NCBI GenBank assembly: GCA_021802555.1 | Contig: JAJZRU010000028.1 | Span: 5,937 to 37,936 of the forward strand | Direction of reading: 5' to 3' | DNA: 32,000 nucleotides | Origin: Pseudomonadota bacterium | GTDB lineage: Bacteria; Pseudomonadota; Gammaproteobacteria; Burkholderiales; Thiobacillaceae | Part shown: positions 26,406 through 32,000 of the stretch, piece after piece | How positions within the stretch are numbered: the stretch's first letter is position 1 | How the letters are laid out: each line of letters starts with the position of its first letter | Position numbers and translations under genes: made by a program | The notes under the pieces: model-generated | What the model was told of the DNA's origin: nothing | The model's database searches: none | The model's input: the letters and a program-made list of their open reading frames with translations, nothing else

Positions 26406-27359
26406 TCAAGATCCTTGGCCGGCGGCTTTGCGCTGTCTTTGCAGCAGGGCGGCCGGCAGGTTGAAGCTTACGTGCTCCGGCTCGGCGGCCAGCTGCCGCA
26501 CCTCGATGTTCTCGATGCGCGCCAGCCTGTCCAACACTTCCTGCACCAGGCGCTCGGGCGTGGAGGCGCCGGCGGTTACGCCTACGCGCATGCCGGGGGC
26601 GAGCCAGGCCGGATCGATCTCCCCGGCATCCTGCACCAGATAGGCCGGCACGCCGGCCTGGGCGCCCACCTCCCGCAGCCGGTTGGAGTTGGAACTGTTC
26701 CGGGCGCCGACCACGAGCAGGAACTGTGCTTCCTGCGCCAGCGCGCGTACTGCATTCTGCCGGTTTTGGGTAGCATAGCAAATGCCGTCCAGTTCGCGCC
26801 CACGGATGGCCGGGAAGCGCGCGCGCAGGGCCGTGAGCACTTCGCGCGTGTCGTCCACGCTGAGCGTGGTCTGGGTCACGTAGGCCAGGCGCCGGGGGTC
26901 GCCCACGGCCAGGCCGGCCACGTCCTGCGGGGTGGACACGACATGCACCGGACCCGGAATGCGCCCGCGCGTGCCCTCGACTTCGGGATGGCCGGGATGC
27001 CCCACGATGACCACTTCCAGGCCGTCGCGGCTGTATTTCTGCGCCTGCATGTGCACCTTGGCCACCAGAGGGCAGGTGGCGTCTATCACTTCCAGCCGGC
27101 GGGCGCGCGCTTCTTCGACCCGCGCCTCGGACACGCCGTGGGCGCTGAAAATGGTGACCGCTCCGGCGGGCACGCTGGCGAGATCTTCGGTGAAGATTGC
27201 CCCGCGTGCGCGCAGGTCGGCGACCACGTGCTGGTTGTGTACGATCTCGTGCAGCACGTAGATGGGCGGGCCGTAGACTGCGAGCGCCTGTTCGACGATT
27301 TCGATGGCGCGCACCACGCCGGCGCAGAAGCCCCTGGGCTGGGCAAGCACGATTTCCAT
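26406..27359 (-). CDS. ispH: 4-hydroxy-3-methylbut-2-enyl diphosphate reductase IspH/LytB
   Basis: 317 aa starting MEIVLAQPRGFCAGVVRAIEIVE. The three cluster-ligand Cys contexts are present (GFCAGV, ATCPLV, ICYATQNRQ). An AAGGAGGA Shine-Dalgarno lies upstream of the ATG. Confidence 0.92.
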   Translation of the reverse strand: MEIVLAQPRGFCAGVVRAIEIVEQALAVYGPPIYVLHEIVHNQHVVADLRARGAIFTEDLASVPAGAVTIFSAHGVSEARVEEARARRLEVIDATCPLVAKVHMQAQKYSRDGLEVVIVGHPGHPEVEGTRGRIPGPVHVVSTPQDVAGLAVGDPRRLAYVTQTTLSVDDTREVLTALRARFPAIRGRELDGICYATQNRQNAVRALAQEAQFLLVVGARNSSNSNRLREVGAQAGVPAYLVQDAGEIDPAWLAPGMRVGVTAGASTPERLVQEVLDRLARIENIEVRQLAAEPEHVSFNLPAALLQRQRKAAGQGS

Positions 27360-27415
27360 GTTCTCCTCCTTATCGCAGGGGCGGCGGGCGACGCCCGGCT
27401 GGCTTGAATCGCCGC

Positions 27416-27442
27416 TCAGACAGCGCGCCCGGGGCAATGTTC
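27416..27442 (-). promoter_or_regulatory. candidate ECF sigma-E/AlgU-type promoter for the ispH-hpn operon
   Basis: The minus strand reads GAACAT-N16-TCTGA. This has one mismatch to the classical GAACTT-N16/17-TCTGA consensus. The predicted transcription start is about 50 nt upstream of the ispH ATG. Confidence 0.4.
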
Positions 27443-27464
27443 AACCGCTGCTCAATTCTGAACA
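27438..27464. promoter_or_regulatory. perfect inverted repeat TGTTCA-N15-TGAACA in the ispH upstream region (possible operator)
   Basis: Read directly from the sequence. One arm coincides with the -35 of the sigma-E-like candidate. Confidence 0.3.
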
Positions 27465-27483
27465 GCCGGGAGGCGGAGGGGGG

Positions 27484-27489
27484 ATTATA
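27484..27489 (-). promoter_or_regulatory. perfect TATAAT -10 hexamer (alternative sigma-70 promoter for the operon)
   Basis: The minus strand reads gcaTATAATccc, 20 nt downstream of the mutY stop. The best -35 at 17-nt spacing is weak (GTGAAT). Confidence 0.3.
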
Positions 27490-27508
27490 TGCGGCCCGCG
27501 CGGTGTAT

Positions 27509-28540
27509 TCACGCAAGGCCCGCCAGCAGGGTTCGCACCGGCTTGGGGAGCGGTGCCTGTGCGATGTCCGCCAGATCGAGCCAGAGCCAGCGCGCCTCTC
27601 CCAACGGAGCGGGCCGCTGCGGGTAGCTCAGCTCGACGGGAATAGCCTTGAGGCGGAAATGGGTAAAGCCGTGCATCAGCGGCGCCAGCTCGCGCATCTG
27701 CCCGGGCGGGCTGCCCAGCAGCGCAAGCGCCGCCTGCTCCGGCGCCGCCATGCTTTCGGGCAGAGCCCACAAGCCTCCCCACAGGCCGCTGGCGGGGCGC
27801 CTTTCCAACAGCACTTCGCGTTCGTGGCGGCATATCAGCCAGGTCACGGTTTTTTGCGGCAGGGCGCGGGCCGGGCGTGGCGCCGGCAATTCGGCCACGC
27901 GCCCCTGGGCGCGGGCGGCGCAGCTGGCCGCCACGGGGCAATCCGCGCAGCGCGGCCGGCTGCGCAGGCACACGGTGGCGCCCATGTCCATGAGCGCCTG
28001 GGTGTAAGTGGCCGCTTCCTCATCGGGCAGTTCCGCTTCCGCCCGCTGCCAGAGCGCGTGTTCCACGTCGGGAGCGCCGGGCCAGCCGGAGATGGCGAAA
28101 TGGCGCGCGAACACGCGCTTGGCGTTGCCGTCGAGGACGGCGCAGGGCTGCCCATAGGCCAGCGCGCAAATGGCCCCGGCGGTGGAGCGCCCTATGCCTG
28201 GCAGCGCCAGGATGCCGGCGTAGTCCTGCGGGAGCGCGCCGCCGTGCCGCTCGGCGATGATGCGCGCGGCGCGCTGCAGGTTGCGCGCGCGGCCGTAGTA
28301 GCCCAGCCCGCTCCACAGTCCCAGCACTTCGTCCGGCGCGGCCGCGGCCAGCGCGCCCACGTCGGGGAAACGCGCCATGAAGCGCCGGTAATAGGGAATG
28401 ACGGTGGCCACCTGGGTTTGCTGGAGCATGACCTCCGAAATCCAGGCGGCATAGGCGCCGCGTCCCTGCCAGGGCAGGTCGTGGCGGCCGTGGCTTTTCT
28501 GCCAGGCGATGAGTAGTCGGGCGAAGCTGCCGGCGCGCAT
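27509..28540 (-). CDS. mutY: A/G-specific adenine DNA glycosylase MutY
   Basis: 343 aa with an HhH-GPD region (LPGIGRSTAGAI) and a 4Fe-4S loop with C-x6-C-x2-C-x5-C spacing (CLRSRPRCADCPVAASC). A C-terminal NUDIX-like domain is present. Confidence 0.92.
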   Translation of the reverse strand: MRAGSFARLLIAWQKSHGRHDLPWQGRGAYAAWISEVMLQQTQVATVIPYYRRFMARFPDVGALAAAAPDEVLGLWSGLGYYGRARNLQRAARIIAERHGGALPQDYAGILALPGIGRSTAGAICALAYGQPCAVLDGNAKRVFARHFAISGWPGAPDVEHALWQRAEAELPDEEAATYTQALMDMGATVCLRSRPRCADCPVAASCAARAQGRVAELPAPRPARALPQKTVTWLICRHEREVLLERRPASGLWGGLWALPESMAAPEQAALALLGSPPGQMRELAPLMHGFTHFRLKAIPVELSYPQRPAPLGEARWLWLDLADIAQAPLPKPVRTLLAGLA

Positions 28541-28552
28541 GCCGGCATGCTA

Positions 28553-30727
28553 TCAGGCCGGTGCGGTTTTTTGCCGGAAAAATCCCAGGAGCTTGCCGAA
28601 GGCGCTTTCCGTGATGGGCTTGCGCTGGACGATCTGGGCCTCGCCGCTGCGCAGCTTTTCCGCCAGGCGGTGCACGTTGATGGAGAAGGTGTTGAGGCCG
28701 TCCTGGTCGGTGAAGAGGTAAATCCCTTTCATGCTGCCGGTCCATCCCAGCCGTGCCCAGCGGAAGGTGCCGTCGTCATAATGGAATTCGACCCAGTCGC
28801 CCTTGTTGAGATTGCGCGCCGCCTGGGTGTGCTGGTCTTCCATTTCCTCCTCTGCGGCATCCTCCGCGGGCGGCGGGGGCGGCGGTTCGGCGGCGGCCTG
28901 CTGCTCGGTTTCCGGCAGCGGCAGGGGGTGGTTCATGGAGCGCACGGCATTGGCGTGGAAGATCACCAGGTCGGCGAAGAAGCGCTCCATCTCGGCCTGC
29001 GGCATGTCGGTGTCGGCCAGCCCTTCGCGCAGGCGCTTGAGCAGGCCGGGCAGGATGCGCACCAGCATCAGGCGCGCGTCCATGTCGGTCTTGGTCTGCA
29101 CGCTCCAGACCACCTCGCGCATGGTTTCCATGCGCGAAATGTAGGCCGGGCTGGTTTCGCCGTGATGCGTGTAGCTGTAGCCCAGCGCCGCCGACCAATA
29201 GCTGTAGAGGAACTGGCTCAGCGCAAAGGGCACTTGCTGATCCACCAGCGCGCGCGAGATTTGGTCGTGCACCACATGGGGCGCGAGTTCCGCACGTTCT
29301 TCGCGTTCCAGTTCCTTGACCTGGGGTGCGATTTCCGCTTCGACGCGGGCTTCGCGCTGGCCCGCCAGCAGATCGAGCTGGGCGCAGGCGTCCTCGAACA
29401 CCGCGAAATCCGCGTCGAAATCGCGCAGCACGCGGTTGATGACGGTCTCGATCTCGACGATCAGCGGGTGCTTGCCTTCGAGCACCGGCGGCAGATCGGA
29501 GGCGAGCTGGGAAATTTTGTCCAGGAGCTGGCGCGCAGGGTGCTGCTTCCTGCCGAAGAAGCTGCGATCCAGCAGCGCGACCTTGAGCATGGGTACCTGC
29601 AGGCGCGCCACCAGGGTCTTGAGGCCGTCAGGGATGCCGGGGTCGTCGAAAATGAAATCGAACAGCATGGCGACGGCGTCGATGATCACCGCATCCAGCT
29701 GCGATGCCGCCTGCATCACCGGGCTTTGCTGCAAGTCGCGCAGGACGTTGCCGTAGCCCTCCGCAGGCAGGGCAAGCTCAAAGGAGCCGCCGCCGGGCAG
29801 CGCCAGGCCGCCGGCCTGCAGGCGGCCGAGGGCTTCCACCATGCTCACGCCCAGGCCGCCCCCGCCGGCGGCGGGGTAGCCCCAGCCGATGGCGCCGCCG
29901 CGGCTGCCCGCCACCGGCAGGGCGCCGGCCAGCGGCATGCCGCCGCCGGCTGCAGCATGTTCGAACAGCTTGACGAATTCGTCGGCCTCGCTGCCGCCGG
30001 AATGCTCGGAGGCGCCGGCCTTGCGGCTGGGCTGGCCGGCGCGGATGTCGGTGAGCACTCCCTTGTCCGCCAGGTAATGGTTGATGTCGCGGTAGATGCC
30101 CGCCAGTTCCTGGTTCAGCGCCAGGTCGAACTGGTTGAGCAGAATGAGCCGCACCCTCATGTCGAGATCCAGGCTGCCCAGGCCGTCCAGCCAGGATTGG
30201 CACAGGGCCTTGGTGCCGAGGGGGTTTTCCTCCTCGGCGAGCTGCGGGCGGTTGAGCAGCTGGCCTACGCGCAAATCCAGGGCCACCAATTCTTCGGCGC
30301 TGTTGTAGCGCAAGCGCGTGGCGGCTTTGTTGACGGCGAGCGCGGCCTCGAAATCCGTGTCGTCCAGGAGAGAGAGCTCGGCCTCGCCTTTAGGCGCGCG
30401 GGCGTGCTCGGTGCTCAGGACGGCGCTGTCGAAAGCCTGCAGATAACTCTGCTTGCAGGCGATGAAGGCTTCGTTGGCGCGGCGGTTGAGGGTGTTTTGG
30501 GCGGCGTAATAGAGATTGCGGGTTTCCAGCAGCGGCGAGCGCTCGGCCATGCTGAGCAGGACATTCTCCATGGCCTCGGCCTGGCGCGTGAGCAGGCGGC
30601 TGACGCCCTCCACCAGGCGGTTGCGGCATTCGTTAAGCAGGACGACGGCTTCCGCGCGCGAGCGCCGGCGTCCGCTGCCGAATTCGTTCAGATTGACTAC
30701 GTTGGGTTCAGACATGTCGCGCTCCAT
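28553..30727 (-). CDS. DUF1631 family protein (724 aa, function unknown)
   Basis: ATG 30727 has an AGGAGG Shine-Dalgarno 8 nt upstream. I recognise blocks typical of DUF1631 (IDAVAMLFDFIFDDPGIPDGLKTLVARLQVPMLKVALLDRSFFGRKQHPARQLLD). The C-terminal module reads GDWVEFHYDDGTFRWARLGWTGSMKGIYLFTDQDG. Confidence 0.8.
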   Translation of the reverse strand: MERDMSEPNVVNLNEFGSGRRRSRAEAVVLLNECRNRLVEGVSRLLTRQAEAMENVLLSMAERSPLLETRNLYYAAQNTLNRRANEAFIACKQSYLQAFDSAVLSTEHARAPKGEAELSLLDDTDFEAALAVNKAATRLRYNSAEELVALDLRVGQLLNRPQLAEEENPLGTKALCQSWLDGLGSLDLDMRVRLILLNQFDLALNQELAGIYRDINHYLADKGVLTDIRAGQPSRKAGASEHSGGSEADEFVKLFEHAAAGGGMPLAGALPVAGSRGGAIGWGYPAAGGGGLGVSMVEALGRLQAGGLALPGGGSFELALPAEGYGNVLRDLQQSPVMQAASQLDAVIIDAVAMLFDFIFDDPGIPDGLKTLVARLQVPMLKVALLDRSFFGRKQHPARQLLDKISQLASDLPPVLEGKHPLIVEIETVINRVLRDFDADFAVFEDACAQLDLLAGQREARVEAEIAPQVKELEREERAELAPHVVHDQISRALVDQQVPFALSQFLYSYWSAALGYSYTHHGETSPAYISRMETMREVVWSVQTKTDMDARLMLVRILPGLLKRLREGLADTDMPQAEMERFFADLVIFHANAVRSMNHPLPLPETEQQAAAEPPPPPPAEDAAEEEMEDQHTQAARNLNKGDWVEFHYDDGTFRWARLGWTGSMKGIYLFTDQDGLNTFSINVHRLAEKLRSGEAQIVQRKPITESAFGKLLGFFRQKTAPA

Positions 30728-30960
30728 AGCCACAACCTCCTGAAAGGCATGGAACAGGGCGCAAATCGATGCTCCGGCGATCCCGCTGTCTCGGCACAAA
30801 GTAGGCGCCGAGACCGGTGATTTTGCGTCCCCGCCTCGCGACGGGTTTGCCCTGATCGGATGCCCGCAGCGGGAGCAGCCTCCAATCCGGTCGGCTGCGG
30901 GCCCACTACGACTCAACCCTTATTGCGGAGCGCCGGAACAGAAACTTTAGGGCTGGCGCG

Positions 30961-30982
30961 AAAAAAATTTCCCGCGGGAGAT
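30961..30982 (-). terminator. intrinsic terminator after the OYE-family gene
   Basis: The minus strand reads atctcccgcgggaaat, a palindromic stem of about 6 bp with a cgcg loop, followed by TTTTTT. It lies 7 nt after the TAA stop. An A-tract/T-tract on both sides suggests it may work bidirectionally. Confidence 0.5.
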
Positions 30983-30988
30983 TTTCTT

Positions 30989-32000
30989 TTAAAACATTGG
31001 TTTGCCACGCTTGTACTGGGCCGGCCAGGGGATTTCCGCATGCAGCTGGGCGGCCGCGCGCAACGGCCAGTGCGGGTCGCGCAGCGAGGCGCGGGCGATG
31101 GCGACGGCGTCCGCGTCGCCGCAGGCCAGGATTTGTTCCGCCTGCGCCGCCTCGGTGATCAGGCCCACGGCGGCGGTGGGGATTGCCGCGGCGCGCCGGA
31201 TGGCGGCGGCGAAGGGCACTTGGTAGCCGGGCCGGGCAGGTATTTCGGCGTCGGCCGCCAGTCCGCCGCTGGAGCAGTCGATCAGGTCTGCGCCGGCTTC
31301 CCTGAGCCAGCGCGCCAGCTCGATCGACTGCTCCAGATCCCAGCCGCCGTCTTTCCAGTCCGTCGCCGAGATGCGCACCAGTAACGGCAGCTTTTCGGGC
31401 CATAGCGCGCGTACCGCGCGCGTCACTTCGAGCGGCAGGCGCGCGCGGTTTTCCAGGCTGCCGCCATACTCGTCGCTGCGCCGGTTGGAAAGCGGCGAGA
31501 GGAAATTGTGCAGCAGATAGCCGTGGGCCATGTGGATTTCCGCCACTTCGAAGCCGGCGTCCAGGGCGCGCCGCGCCGCGGCGCGAAAAGCCTCTACCAG
31601 CGCCGGCAGCTCCTCCCGCGCCAGGGCGCGCGGCGCGGGAAAATTACCGAAGGACAGGGCGCTGGGCGCCAGCGTGGTCCAGGCGCCCTGTTCCGGCGCC
31701 AGGGCCTGGCCGCCGTTCCAGGGCGCGGCGCAGGAAGCCTTGCGGCCCGCATGTGCGAGTTGAATCGCCGGCACTGCGCCCTGGGCACGGATGAAGGCGG
31801 CCACGGGGCGCAGCGCCTCGGCATGGGCGTCGCTCCACAGGCCCAGATCCGCCGGACTGATGCGCCCTTCCGGCGCCACGGCGGTGGCTTCCGCCATCAC
31901 CAGGCCGGCGCCGCCCACGGCGCGCGCGCCCAGATGCACCAGATGCCAGTCGTTCGCCAGTCCGTCCCGGCAGGAGTATTGGCACATGGGGGAAACGAAC
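30989..32000 (-). CDS. NADH:flavin oxidoreductase, Old Yellow Enzyme family (N-terminus beyond window edge)
   Basis: Contains SPMCQYSC ... WHLVHLG ... IQLAHAGRK, typical of YqjM/NamA-type OYEs. The frame stays open upstream of the tracked Met (FVSPMCQYS), so the true start lies past position 32000. Confidence 0.88.
   Translation of the reverse strand, partial: FVSPMCQYSCRDGLANDWHLVHLGARAVGGAGLVMAEATAVAPEGRISPADLGLWSDAHAEALRPVAAFIRAQGAVPAIQLAHAGRKASCAAPWNGGQALAPEQGAWTTLAPSALSFGNFPAPRALAREELPALVEAFRAAARRALDAGFEVAEIHMAHGYLLHNFLSPLSNRRSDEYGGSLENRARLPLEVTRAVRALWPEKLPLLVRISATDWKDGGWDLEQSIELARWLREAGADLIDCSSGGLAADAEIPARPGYQVPFAAAIRRAAAIPTAAVGLITEAAQAEQILACGDADAVAIARASLRDPHWPLRAAAQLHAEIPWPAQYKRGKPMF

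Noticed and set aside
11871-27508. Hopanoid cluster as a tRNA-Gly-associated genomic island
   Set aside because: The cluster ends 37 nt from the tRNA 3' end. However, there is no integrase and no direct repeat of the tRNA 3' end at the far boundary (27360-27508). By eye there is no compositional shift, and no mobility genes are present.
28547-30820. 757-aa plus-strand ORF antisense to the DUF1631 gene
   Set aside because: It is nearly as long as the real gene but has no recognisable family features and no Shine-Dalgarno. The minus-strand frame has a strong Shine-Dalgarno and DUF1631 blocks. This is the typical antisense open frame of codon-biased GC-rich genes.
1-32000. CRISPR arrays, toxin-antitoxin pairs, restriction/defence genes, transposases and prophage remnants
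   Set aside because: I looked for short regularly spaced repeats, IS-like inverted ends and typical small paired ORFs in all intergenic regions. None were seen, and every sizeable ORF is accounted for by metabolic or housekeeping functions.

Overview
High-GC (roughly two-thirds G+C by eye) chromosomal window. It is probably from a hopanoid-producing proteobacterium with a betaproteobacterial-style gene order, but that taxonomic guess is inference only. I see no mobile elements, CRISPR arrays, integrases or obvious defence genes. Three blocks are present. (1) Positions 1-5860 on the + strand: cbb3 oxidase structural genes ccoN(partial)-O-Q-P, a strong hairpin, then the assembly genes ccoG, a long fixH/ccoH-like gene, ccoS and an untracked 39-codon membrane ORF. 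No ccoI is present. (2) Positions 5.9-11.9 kb: housekeeping genes, namely hemW, an 84-aa coupled ORF, a CPA2 antiporter, DUF2905-greB, marC, trmB, thiG, thiS and tRNA-Gly(CCC). (3) Positions 11981-27359 on the - strand: 13 genes packed into about 15.4 kb that form a hopanoid supercluster, ispH-hpnH-sqs-shc-hpnG-hpnA-hpnI-hpnJ-hpnK-hpnN-hpnL-hpnM-mlaA-like. Most junctions overlap by 1-8 nt or leave a gap of 5 nt or less. The window ends with mutY, a 724-aa DUF1631 protein and a truncated Old Yellow Enzyme gene. The most interesting hypothesis concerns the four distal genes: the RND protein HpnN, the MprF-flippase-like HpnL, the MlaC-like periplasmic HpnM and an MlaA/VacJ-like lipoprotein. Together they may encode a dedicated trans-envelope hopanoid export route. 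A sigma-E/AlgU-like promoter candidate sits in front of the operon. Many very long extra ORFs in the track are shadow frames typical of high-GC DNA and are rejected. All family assignments come from motif recognition by eye; no database search was run.
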